A DNA stretch of 64,000 nt. Origin: a virus. The stretch is from positions 29,872-93,871 of IMG/VR virus record IMGVR_UViG_3300042897_000742; one strand, written 5' to 3'. The notes below the pieces were generated by a model. That model saw only the letters and a list, made by a program, of their open reading frames with translations, was not told the DNA's origin and ran no database searches. The stretch's first letter is position 1. Each line of letters begins with the position of its first letter. The translations under genes were made by a program, and so were the position numbers. Shown here in pieces: positions 48,265-57,440 of the stretch.

Positions 48265-49392
48265 ATGAGGCATATAAAACTGTTTGAAGAATTTATAAGT
48301 GAAGCCGCTCGTATTGGTAATAGCTCTTGGAGTAATATTCTCAGAGACCTAAAATATGATGGCTGGGACATAAAGGGTAATTCTGCTTATAAATCATATG
48401 AAGGTGATAGCGGTGACGAAAGAAAACTTGAACTTTCTAATTATGGTGATGAAGAAGTTGAATGGACCATTTATGATGGAAGAGGTAAGGAGATTAACTC
48501 AGGTTCATTTGATGCAGAAGGCTTAAGTGCCGGTGAATTGGATAGCGAAGTTTGGGGCAACATCGAAGAATCTGTTAGTGAAGCAAAAGATATCTCAATT
48601 AAAGACTATAAAGTTGGAGATGTTATTTCTTTTAAGGATGGTGAAGACTGGAAAGTAACAAAGGTTAAGTATGATAAACTCATGGTTAAGCCTCATAATG
48701 AAAAAGCCAAAAAAGCAAATACAAGCATAGAGATTGATATTGACTTAGACTACCTTAAAAATAATCTAAAGGAATCTTTTATTAATGAAGGTCGTACAAT
48801 TGAAAAGATTGAAAAAGACAGAACTAAAGTAGTTAATGATATGGCTGAAATTGTTACTAATTGGAAAGCCGCTAAAGAATCTGGTGATAAAAAAGCCGAG
48901 GCATCATTTTTACAAAGACTTAAGGATCTCACTGCCCAAAAGAAAGGCCTAGAGAAAGAGCTTAACATGGCAATCGCAGGTAAAGATCGTGATGTTGAAT
49001 TAGTTATCTCAGAAAGTGTTATGTCAGAAATTGACTTATTAGCAAGAGAAGCCAAAAACTTTAAAGATTTTCTTAAAGCATTTAAGACTGATAATCGTTA
49101 TAAAGGTTTAGATACTGCAGGTGATACTAAGGAATTTGAAGATTGGTTAAAATCTATATATGATAACGCTAAGAACGAAAGTATGAATGAAGCTGAAGAT
49201 GTTAAGAAAGGTATTCATGATCATTGGAAAGAATTATATAATGAAGACTTTATTTCCACATATCCTAAAGTAGCAAAGATTCTTAAGAATCGTCAAAACG
49301 TTGATCGTCGCGAATTGGCAAGAATCTGGGATGAAACCTATGGCGAAGACTTTAAAGAAAAGTACGCTAAGATCTGGGATGTTTTAGATTAA
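48265..49392 (+). CDS. CTS-leader polyprotein-like protein (5 modules)
   Basis: MRHIKLFEEFISE; linkers EESVSE, KESFINE, ISESVMSE and NESMNE. Confidence 0.75.
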   Translation: MRHIKLFEEFISEAARIGNSSWSNILRDLKYDGWDIKGNSAYKSYEGDSGDERKLELSNYGDEEVEWTIYDGRGKEINSGSFDAEGLSAGELDSEVWGNIEESVSEAKDISIKDYKVGDVISFKDGEDWKVTKVKYDKLMVKPHNEKAKKANTSIEIDIDLDYLKNNLKESFINEGRTIEKIEKDRTKVVNDMAEIVTNWKAAKESGDKKAEASFLQRLKDLTAQKKGLEKELNMAIAGKDRDVELVISESVMSEIDLLAREAKNFKDFLKAFKTDNRYKGLDTAGDTKEFEDWLKSIYDNAKNESMNEAEDVKKGIHDHWKELYNEDFISTYPKVAKILKNRQNVDRRELARIWDETYGEDFKEKYAKIWDVLD

Positions 49393-49431
49393 CATTCATT
49401 AAACTTTTTACATTTTTTTCATATAATAATA

Positions 49432-49462
49432 GAGGGACCATTTCAAAAACCTGGTCCCTTTG
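49432..49462 (+). terminator. Probable terminator or regulatory hairpin
   Basis: AGGGACC...GGTCCCT stem, the same stem as at 21061 and 60491. Confidence 0.5.
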
Positions 49463-49475
49463 TTATTATTGTTAT

Positions 49476-49889
49476 ATGGAAACTTTATTATGGTTAGACG
49501 ATATCAGAGATCCAAAGGATAGCATTTGGTGGAATTGGATTGCGGTATCTGGTGTTAACCCAACCCATTATGATATTGTATGGGTAAAGAATTATAACGA
49601 TTTTACTAAGTGGATCAAATTTAATGGTTTACCAGCGGTAATCTGTTTTGATCATGATCTGGGTGAAGATCTTGCCAAAGACCGTGTATCTAGCGGTATG
49701 AGTAAGAGAAAGGCTCGTTCGCTAAAGAGAGAAACTTTAAGTGGTTTTGATTGCGCCAAATGGTTGGTTGAATATTGCTTGGATGGTAATCATTCAATAC
49801 CAGAGTATAGAATTCAATCTGCTAACCCGGTGGGTGCTGAAAACATAAAGGGATTAATTGAAAACTTTAAAAAGAATGTAAAATGTTAG
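49476..49889 (+). CDS. Cyclic-phosphate-processing receiver-like domain protein
   Basis: LWLDDIRDP, FDHDLG, G.DCAKWL and QSANPVG. Confidence 0.75.
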   Translation: METLLWLDDIRDPKDSIWWNWIAVSGVNPTHYDIVWVKNYNDFTKWIKFNGLPAVICFDHDLGEDLAKDRVSSGMSKRKARSLKRETLSGFDCAKWLVEYCLDGNHSIPEYRIQSANPVGAENIKGLIENFKKNVKC

Positions 49890-50077
49890 GTTTGTTTGAT
49901 ATAATGGATGAAGCAATTGCAACAGAGTTAGGTGTTGATATTAAAACATACATTGATGTTATTGAGAATCGCTGTACTTATGAAGAGGCCAAACTTATTA
50001 TTGATAACATATGGGATGAAGATGGTAATCCTGATTTAGCAAAAGAACTGTTTAACGAAAAACTAAAAGGAGAGTAA
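49883..50077 (+). CDS. Hypothetical protein
   Basis: Coupled ORF. Confidence 0.6.
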   Translation: MLGLFDIMDEAIATELGVDIKTYIDVIENRCTYEEAKLIIDNIWDEDGNPDLAKELFNEKLKGE

Positions 50078-50078
50078 T

Positions 50079-50750
50079 ATGATTGCTAACATTAAGAGAT
50101 ATGCAATGAGAAATGCAAAACTAAAAGAGAGTAAGTTTTACGTAAAGGATAAGAGATCCTTTAAGGAAAGGACTAAAAACTTTGGACAGAGTCTTTTGTT
50201 TTGGAAAGGCCGTAAGAAAGGAATGATTCATACTCGTAATCTTGAATGGTCAGATTTGAGATACATTTTCTTTCCAAAAAAATTGGAAAAATATGGATAC
50301 TTAAACATTACATTCTATAAAGAGGATAGTGAATATTATAAAGCACTTTATCCGCTGGTTCTTGCTATGGATTATGAAGCTAAACCTACTTGGTGCCCAC
50401 GTTGGTTCTTACGATTCTTGCATGTTTTTGGTAATGATAAGTCATTAGTGAGAGTACGTAATAGGAAATTACATGACTTACACAGATACTTAACCAAGGG
50501 CATTATGTTTTGGGATTGGAAAACTAAATGGGCTTCTTATGATTTGCGGATTAGTATTTCAGGACCTACACACCTACAGAATTTAGCCGATGATATTGAA
50601 CGTGGCTTCTATTCTAGGGGTAGGGAAAAAGAACTTGTTGAGCAGATCTTAAAATTGGATCCTAACGCATCAATTATTTGGGGAAGCATTAAACGATTTG
50701 AAGAACAATTAGAAGAATTAAAAAATAAACAAGAAAATAATAATGTATGA
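50079..50750 (+). CDS. Hypothetical protein
   Basis: 223-aa ORF. Confidence 0.7.
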   Translation: MIANIKRYAMRNAKLKESKFYVKDKRSFKERTKNFGQSLLFWKGRKKGMIHTRNLEWSDLRYIFFPKKLEKYGYLNITFYKEDSEYYKALYPLVLAMDYEAKPTWCPRWFLRFLHVFGNDKSLVRVRNRKLHDLHRYLTKGIMFWDWKTKWASYDLRISISGPTHLQNLADDIERGFYSRGREKELVEQILKLDPNASIIWGSIKRFEEQLEELKNKQENNNV

Positions 50751-51424
50751 AAAGAATAACATTCATAAGCGATACTCATACAAAACATAGAATGTTGGAT
50801 CTCCCAGGTGGAGATATCCTAATTCATAGTGGAGACATTATGAATAGTGGATATAACCTAAATGATGTCCAGGACTTTCTTATGTGGTTTGAAAAACAGG
50901 ATTATAAAGAGCTTATCTTTATTGCAGGTAATCATGATCGCATGTTTGAAAACCATCCAATAAGGATGGATGAAATACTTGAAGGATTCCCCTCTGTTAC
51001 ATATCTTGAAGATGACTGGGTTGATGTAGATGGAATTAAGATTTATGGTTCTCCTTGGCAGCCTGAATTCTTTAACTGGGCATTTAATCTTCCAAGAGGT
51101 GGAGAAGAAATTGAAGAAAAGTGGTCAATGATTCCTCCAGATACTGACATTCTCATCACACACGGTCCACCGCAAGGACACCTAGATACAAGTGGTGCAC
51201 CTTATAATGAACCTAACTTAGGCTGCGAATTGCTTCGTATCTATGTTGATAACATTAGACCAAAGATTCATGTATTTGGTCATATTCATGGCAGTGCTGG
51301 GCATAAGAAAGACAATCATATACATTTTGTTAATGCTGCAGTTCTTAATGAAAGATATGAACAAGTAACAAATGGGATTACTGTTGACTGGGATCCTGAA
51401 ACAAATTCAATAGATTTCATATAA
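50747..51424 (+). CDS. Metallophosphoesterase (MPPED-like, intact motifs)
   Basis: SDTH, HSGD, AGNHD, THGPP and FGHIH. Confidence 0.9.
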   Translation: MKRITFISDTHTKHRMLDLPGGDILIHSGDIMNSGYNLNDVQDFLMWFEKQDYKELIFIAGNHDRMFENHPIRMDEILEGFPSVTYLEDDWVDVDGIKIYGSPWQPEFFNWAFNLPRGGEEIEEKWSMIPPDTDILITHGPPQGHLDTSGAPYNEPNLGCELLRIYVDNIRPKIHVFGHIHGSAGHKKDNHIHFVNAAVLNERYEQVTNGITVDWDPETNSIDFI

Positions 51425-51921
51425 TGGAAAAGGCACATATTATAGGAAGTCAAGTATTTAGAGATAAAAGAGGTACATTTAGTCCTTTAGATCTAACTAA
51501 ATTGGATAAGAACTGGGTACAGAGTAACATTAGTGTAAATCCTTCTAAATTTACTTTACGAGGGTTACACTTCCAACGAAATGAACATTCCCAGGCTAAG
51601 CTAATTAAAGTTATTTCAGGTAAGATATTAGATTTTGTTATCGATATGAGAAATTTCTCTGATGACTATAATAAAATATTCTTCTTTGAAATGAATGAAG
51701 GTGATGAGCTATATGTACCTCGATACTTTGCCCATGGTTTTATAACAATGAAAGAAAACACAGTGGTACAATATTTAGTTGATAATGACTATAGCCCACA
51801 CAGCGAAGGAGTTAGGGTTTGGTCTTCGTATCCTGAGATTGAAAATCGTATAAAAGAAATTGATCCATCATATACTAAAGAATTATTAGTTATAGCAGAT
51901 AAAGATTTAATTGAAAAGTAA
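51424..51921 (+). CDS. rmlC: dTDP-4-dehydrorhamnose 3,5-epimerase
   Basis: D.RG.F, LRGLHFQ, QAKL and FAHGF. Confidence 0.88.
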   Translation: MEKAHIIGSQVFRDKRGTFSPLDLTKLDKNWVQSNISVNPSKFTLRGLHFQRNEHSQAKLIKVISGKILDFVIDMRNFSDDYNKIFFFEMNEGDELYVPRYFAHGFITMKENTVVQYLVDNDYSPHSEGVRVWSSYPEIENRIKEIDPSYTKELLVIADKDLIEK

Positions 51922-51924
51922 ATT

Positions 51925-52083
51925 ATGAAAATTGAGTATGTATCTTACTGGGATAGGCTTTATCTTATTCCTACGATTGCAATCGTTTTAGATCCAATGT
52001 TTGTGGGTTATAAGTACTTATCCATATCATGGCTTAAGGGATCGGTAGAAATAAGTTGGGGTCGAATTGAAGAAAATAACTAA
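51925..52083 (+). CDS. Small hypothetical protein (52 aa)
   Basis: ORF filling the intergenic gap. Confidence 0.5.
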   Translation: MKIEYVSYWDRLYLIPTIAIVLDPMFVGYKYLSISWLKGSVEISWGRIEENN

Positions 52084-52086
52084 ACA

Positions 52087-52368
52087 ATGGCAAAAAGGAT
52101 AGTGATGCAAATAAATAAAACAAAAAACCGCCTTATGAGATTTTTGAGATCACTATTTGTTAAGAAACCTAAAGACATTTTTCCTTATTCTGTAAAAGGA
52201 TTTAGAGATGCTAAGAGATGGGCACTATCCCAACCTCACCCATTTGCTCCTGAACTTTGTCTATGGGATTATGTTAGAGCTATGGCTTATCATGAAACTG
52301 AACTCCAATTACATATTATTAATCAATTCGTTAAAGGTAAGCTTGACGATAAACATATGTTTATATGA
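52087..52368 (+). CDS. Hypothetical protein
   Basis: ORF in the operon. Confidence 0.55.
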   Translation: MAKRIVMQINKTKNRLMRFLRSLFVKKPKDIFPYSVKGFRDAKRWALSQPHPFAPELCLWDYVRAMAYHETELQLHIINQFVKGKLDDKHMFI

Positions 52369-52802
52369 AAATAGGAATTACATGTTCATCCTTTGATTTA
52401 TTTCATGCAGGTCATGTTAAGATGTTAGAGGAAGCAAAGGGTCACTGTGATTATCTAATCGTTGCTCTTCAAACCAACCCTACTATAGATAGGCCACATA
52501 AGAATAAGCCTATACAATCCGTGGTTGAACGATACATTCAACTTGCCGCATGTAAATGGGTTGACCAAATAGTACCATACGAAACTGAAAAAGATCTTGA
52601 AGATATCTTCCTAACATTTGATATTCATGTTAGGATTATAGGCGATGAATATCAAAGTAAACAATTTACCGCTAGAGAGATATGCAGTAATCGTGGCATA
52701 GAGATCATTTATAATAAACGTGATCACTCTTTCTCTAGCACTGAACTTAGAAAACGAATCTATAATGAAGAACTTAAAAATCAAGTCAAAGTACCTTCTT
52801 AA
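52365..52802 (+). CDS. Cytidylyltransferase (TagD-like)
   Basis: FDLFHAGH, ERYIQL and SSTELR. Confidence 0.88.
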   Translation: MKIGITCSSFDLFHAGHVKMLEEAKGHCDYLIVALQTNPTIDRPHKNKPIQSVVERYIQLAACKWVDQIVPYETEKDLEDIFLTFDIHVRIIGDEYQSKQFTAREICSNRGIEIIYNKRDHSFSSTELRKRIYNEELKNQVKVPS

Positions 52803-52870
52803 TGTTGAAGGTAAAAAAATTAAGGCAAACAGTCTTATTGAGTTAATTTGGAAAGTATTGAGAGGAAACC

Positions 52871-53614
52871 ATGAGTAAACTTTACCTAGACTTTCTTGAG
52901 GTAGGGAGTAGTGATTTTAACACTATCATGGAATCCTGTAAAGAATCAGAGGTAGGCATGGTCATTGAACCAATTAAGACCTACCTCGATAATTTACCTA
53001 ATAAAGAAAATGTAATAAAAGTTAATGCAGCACTCTTATTTGGAGACAGTGAACCTGTTCCAATCTATTACATTAAACCTGAAGTAATAAAGAAACATGG
53101 ATTATTTGAATGGATGAGAGGATGTAATATGATAGGTCGCCCCCATGATTTTCACTTAAATTACTTTAACTCAATAGAGGAAATTGATCAATGGCAAGCT
53201 GCTTGGAGAGGACCAAATGCACCAAAGGGAAGAAATCTAATTGAAGAAGGATTAGTGACGGTTGAAGATGTGCCTAGTATATCATTCTATAATCTTATAA
53301 AAGAATTCAACATAGGTGGTATTAAGTACATTAAACTCGATACTGAAGGAATGGATGCTGATCTTTTAGAATCAATACTTGATGACCTATGGGATTTAGA
53401 TTCTGTTAGGTTACCAGAAAAAATTATGTTTGAAACTAATGCCCATAATGATACTACTAAATCATTTCAGATAATTGAAAGATTAGGCAGAATGGGATAT
53501 GAAATCTTGGTAGGTCAAGCCGACCCAGAATATTGGGTTAAATTTGAAGGAACTATTTATAGAGACTGTAAAGCAATATTAACACCTAAGTGGGATGGGA
53601 ATAAAGAAAATTAA
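52871..53614 (+). CDS. FkbM-like methyltransferase
   Basis: EVGSSDF, IEP, IKLDTEG.D and I.FE. Confidence 0.7.
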   Translation: MSKLYLDFLEVGSSDFNTIMESCKESEVGMVIEPIKTYLDNLPNKENVIKVNAALLFGDSEPVPIYYIKPEVIKKHGLFEWMRGCNMIGRPHDFHLNYFNSIEEIDQWQAAWRGPNAPKGRNLIEEGLVTVEDVPSISFYNLIKEFNIGGIKYIKLDTEGMDADLLESILDDLWDLDSVRLPEKIMFETNAHNDTTKSFQIIERLGRMGYEILVGQADPEYWVKFEGTIYRDCKAILTPKWDGNKEN

Positions 53615-53894
53615 GAAAGAATATAAAGAAACTCCTAAGACAGAGATTGGAGCCGCTGTCCTTGAAAACTTTACATACGGTTTTATAGGATCTGTTATTG
53701 TGGTATTCATTTCAAACAAAGTTGACATAGCCGTTCTGTTAAGTTATCTTGCATACTATTTCTTTGTAGGACGTGTTGTTAATAGACCAAAGTATGTAAC
53801 CTCTTTAGGAAAATTTATTGTATTTCCTGTATCTGCTGCTCTTGGGGCATTTACCGGGTATAAACTTGCACAATTTGTAACACCATTTTTATGA
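53595..53894 (+). CDS. Small multi-pass membrane protein
   Basis: Three hydrophobic segments. Confidence 0.65.
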   Translation: MGIKKIKKEYKETPKTEIGAAVLENFTYGFIGSVIVVFISNKVDIAVLLSYLAYYFFVGRVVNRPKYVTSLGKFIVFPVSAALGAFTGYKLAQFVTPFL

Positions 53895-54547
53895 GAATAC
53901 CGAATATTTTACATATGATCTGGGTTGGTGATAGAACTCCACCTAAGTACTTTTGGGATAATCTAAACGGTTGGAAAGACTTAATGCCAGATTGGACATT
54001 TATGGTTTGGACTAATGAAGTTCTGACAGAAAAAGTAATAGGAAGTCAACATAAAGATTTCTTAGATCTTTTAGGTCGTTGCAGAAACGGCGCACAAATG
54101 GCGGATTTACTTAGTTACTTTGCAATAGAAAGATTTGGTGGATATTTTATGGATGCTGATGTAACACCAATAAGATCGCTAGATGAATTAGATACAGAAG
54201 GCAAAGAAGTAATTTTATGTCACGATTTACCTGAAATTACTTGGAATTTTGTTTCTGCCGGTTTCTTTGGTGGTGTACCTCATCACCCCTTATTCCAAAA
54301 CCTAGTTAAAAATGCAAATCGTATAGATTTAACTGATCCTGATCAACAGATAACTACTGGGCCTGGTTATTTAGGAACGGAATGGTCAAAAATTGACTGG
54401 TCTAAAAACGGCGGATACTTAATGTTACCTTACTGGGCATTTTATCGTAATCGTATAGGTGATCCTGGACCTTATATGCCGGACCGTATTATGCTAGATC
54501 ATCCTGGTGCATTTGGCAATCACTTTTATGCAGCCGAATGGCTTTAA
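53891..54547 (+). CDS. GT32/OCH1-like glycosyltransferase
   Basis: IP.ILHMIWVG, AD, GGYFMDAD and TGP. Confidence 0.85.
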   Translation: MRIPNILHMIWVGDRTPPKYFWDNLNGWKDLMPDWTFMVWTNEVLTEKVIGSQHKDFLDLLGRCRNGAQMADLLSYFAIERFGGYFMDADVTPIRSLDELDTEGKEVILCHDLPEITWNFVSAGFFGGVPHHPLFQNLVKNANRIDLTDPDQQITTGPGYLGTEWSKIDWSKNGGYLMLPYWAFYRNRIGDPGPYMPDRIMLDHPGAFGNHFYAAEWL

Positions 54548-54665
54548 GAATATATAAACAAATGATAAGTACTCTAGGTAATATTGCTGCTGCCTTATTT
54601 GTTTTACAAGGAACCCTAATGATATTACCTCTTATTATACTTGGTAAAATTATTAAAGCTTTTAA

Positions 54666-55232
54666 GTGAAACATATAAAGACATACGAAAAATTCCAATT
54701 GGTAGATGAAACTTACCAGATCTTGGAAGGAAAGGTTTCTCGTGAAGAGCTTACCAATATCATAAATGAAGGTTTCTTTGGATTCCTTCGTGGTCTTTTT
54801 GTTGATAATAAAACAAAAAGAGCTCTTGATAAACTAGCCGATGATCTATTTAAGACAAAGGTTGAATTAATGAAATTAGAGATCCAGGAAGATCAGGTAG
54901 ATGCCTTTAAAGATGAACTTAAAGCAGCCGAACAAGGGCAAGACTATTCCAGTCAACAGGGAGAACTTGATACAACAGACCTTGACCGGATTAAGGAAAT
55001 GAAGATTAAATCTCTACAAGACCGTGAAACTGCAATATCTGACGAAATGGATAATCTTGGTCAGATATCGGATAAACTACAGAGGTATGTAGAAAAGATT
55101 AAACTAGATGTCCGCATGAAGGCAACTGATGCCACAATCAAAATAGCTGATGATGAAATCGCCCGTATTCTACAGAAATTGAAGCGCGAAGATCAAAAGC
55201 AATCCCAGCAAATTGACCGTGAATTAAGGTAA
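54666..55232 (+). CDS. CTS-leader coiled-coil protein
   Basis: GTG start, MKHIKTYEKFQLVDE; ILE and IINE linkers. Confidence 0.7.
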   Translation: MKHIKTYEKFQLVDETYQILEGKVSREELTNIINEGFFGFLRGLFVDNKTKRALDKLADDLFKTKVELMKLEIQEDQVDAFKDELKAAEQGQDYSSQQGELDTTDLDRIKEMKIKSLQDRETAISDEMDNLGQISDKLQRYVEKIKLDVRMKATDATIKIADDEIARILQKLKREDQKQSQQIDRELR

Positions 55233-55263
55233 ACCTTTTCCAACCAGTGCATATAATTAATAT

Positions 55264-55878
55264 ATGACGGTAGCCAACAAATTGGAACATCCTAAATGGA
55301 AAGCCTTTATTAAGCATGTAAAGACAGAATGTAAACATGCTGGTATAAAGGTTGAACTGCGTAATGTTCAATATTTAAGGCTAGGCCAAGGTATGAAATG
55401 TTCAGGTTACTTTGATGAAGAGAACCGAAAACTAGTAGTAGCAATGCTCAATCCTGCTGCTGATGGAGTCCTGGTACATGAATTTGGTCACTTTACACAA
55501 TGGCAAGAAAAGATTCCTATTTGGAAAAAGGCAGGTTGGGCAATGGGCCATATTGAGGAGTGGCTAGGTGGAGCAAATAAACGAAACATTGAAAAGTGGA
55601 TGGCTGTCTCTAGAGACCTAGAACTCGACAATGAAAAGCGGTCTGTCCGGTTAATAAAGGAATGGAGTCTACCTATCAATACTGAGAGCTACACAAGATG
55701 CGCCAATGCATATGTCCTATTCTATAATTGGATGTTGACCTCGAGACGGTGGTGTAAGCCAGGCAATACTCCCTATTCAAACAAGCGGGTCCTTAATGCA
55801 TGTAGTCCCAAATTCAATATGAGATACGACCAGCTCTCAAAGAGAATGCGCCAAGCATTCGAAGAATCCGGTATCTAG
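55264..55878 (+). CDS. Zincin-like metallopeptidase
   Basis: HEFGH plus downstream ELDNE. Confidence 0.65.
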   Translation: MTVANKLEHPKWKAFIKHVKTECKHAGIKVELRNVQYLRLGQGMKCSGYFDEENRKLVVAMLNPAADGVLVHEFGHFTQWQEKIPIWKKAGWAMGHIEEWLGGANKRNIEKWMAVSRDLELDNEKRSVRLIKEWSLPINTESYTRCANAYVLFYNWMLTSRRWCKPGNTPYSNKRVLNACSPKFNMRYDQLSKRMRQAFEESGI

Positions 55879-56428
55879 TAAATCAAAGCTTTCAAAAGGC
55901 AGCACATGGAGCACACTATCCGGACAAGCAAGCCGCTCTTTGCTCAAAACCCCCTATACTACTAAAAGAGCTCAAACGGCTCAAACCACCCTATCCACTA
56001 CCTCTAGATCCAGAATACCTGTAATACCTGCAATACTAAAAGGATCCTGTTACTCTCCATCTATATAGACTCAGTATGCCCATTCCCGTGTTCCACTGTG
56101 GACTACCAGTCGTCGCGGTCGCGAATCCGGTAGTCTACAATCTGGCTCTCTGGTCCACCTTCCAGATCTAGTAGATATATAGGGACTACCAGGGACTCTA
56201 GATCTATCTAGATACCGCTTTTCCACTCAAAGTACTCAACTACTTCAACTGACAAGATCACCGGTAGCCCATGTCTCTTGAGAGAATCCAAATCCGGCCG
56301 TGTAACAAGACACACTACTCTGCTCTCCAGAATACGAGCTGTACAAGTACAACGACTCGTAGTAGTACAGATCCAGAGAACCAGGCACACTCCCATAAGA
56401 ATTTCCCTGTAGTAGCGAAGCACGAGTC
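55879..56428. other. Long C-rich non-coding region with short repeats and hairpins
   Basis: No credible ORF; GCTCAAA x3, AATACCTG x2 and a GACTACC..GGTAGTC stem. Confidence 0.6.
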
Positions 56429-56476
56429 TTTCAGAATCTCCACAAACCTGTTATAATTACTATAAATACTACCACT

Positions 56477-56827
56477 ATGGGAAAAGGATACATCGGAGAA
56501 AGCCGCGGAGAACGCGCAATGAACAAAATCGTAAACTACATCGAACGCCAGGACAGGAAACGTCAAGATGGTGAACCACAAAAGTACGAAGGTAATTCGC
56601 TAGTAGACCAATTAAAGGCGGCTTACGGTAAGGACTGGGAACATGAACTGGAAGAGATCCGCCGCGAACATCGCGATCCACAATATAAGGCCGCAAAGGA
56701 TAAGGTCCGCGCAGAAGCCAAACAGAGATATTGGAACCAACCTCGACGTGAACGCGATGATAGTGGAATTACAGAAGGTACCTACGTGGCTCGAGCCCTC
56801 AACGCATGGCGTAAGGACTACAAGTAG
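56477..56827 (+). CDS. Hypothetical charged protein (early)
   Basis: Preceded by TTTCA-N18-TATAATTA (56429-56459). Confidence 0.7.
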   Translation: MGKGYIGESRGERAMNKIVNYIERQDRKRQDGEPQKYEGNSLVDQLKAAYGKDWEHELEEIRREHRDPQYKAAKDKVRAEAKQRYWNQPRRERDDSGITEGTYVARALNAWRKDYK

Positions 56828-56920
56828 ATTGTTAATAACTTTGTGAAAAAAGTCTGCTCTAGATTTTTTTATCCCAACAAATTGTATTAAATTTATACTA
56901 TAATTAAATAAACGGATATG
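56828..56920 (+). repeat. Early promoter cassette, copy 3
   Basis: ATTGTTAATAAC...AAACGGATATG. Confidence 0.9.
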
Positions 56921-57184
56921 GTACACAGAGAATATAGACTAAAGGTAGTAAAGGATATCGTAATTCACTCAGGTCGTGGGGTAACCCCAGTCTACTACCC
57001 GGTCTGTAAAATAGTAACAGTAGACCAGGATACATGGGAAAGGCTGAAAAAGGGAGAGACTATAGAAAGGCCCGCTCATGATGGTTTTATCCGCTACGAC
57101 AAATGGAACTTCGCCAATGAGGTGGAATGGACCGAGGTTACTGTAAGTCATGGAATTGCTAAACTGGGTTTACGAAATTGTTAA
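56918..57184 (+). CDS. Hypothetical protein (early)
   Basis: Starts at the cassette ATG. Confidence 0.7.
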   Translation: MVHREYRLKVVKDIVIHSGRGVTPVYYPVCKIVTVDQDTWERLKKGETIERPAHDGFIRYDKWNFANEVEWTEVTVSHGIAKLGLRNC

Positions 57185-57268
57185 TAACTTTTTGAAAAAA
57201 GTCTCCCAAAAATTTTCAAATCCCAATTATTTGTATTAAATTTATATAAATTAAAAAAACGGAATATG
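57176..57268 (+). repeat. Early promoter cassette, copy 4
   Basis: AATTGTTAATAAC...AACGGAATATG. Confidence 0.9.
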
Positions 57269-57439
57269 GTACAAACAACTAAAAACTATCAGGTAGAACT
57301 GAAAAACGACCTTCTAATGGTTAAGGATTCAAATGGTCAACTTCTTAAAGCATTCTGCGTACCCGTATGGAACGCTGTTGAAAAGTTCCACGAGATGGTA
57401 AAACGCTGTAAGGAATTGGAAACTAAATCTGGTAAGTAA
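57266..57439 (+). CDS. Small hypothetical protein (57 aa, not in ORF track)
   Basis: MVQTTKNYQVELK...; starts at the cassette ATG. Confidence 0.7.
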   Translation: MVQTTKNYQVELKNDLLMVKDSNGQLLKAFCVPVWNAVEKFHEMVKRCKELETKSGK

Positions 57440-57440
57440 T

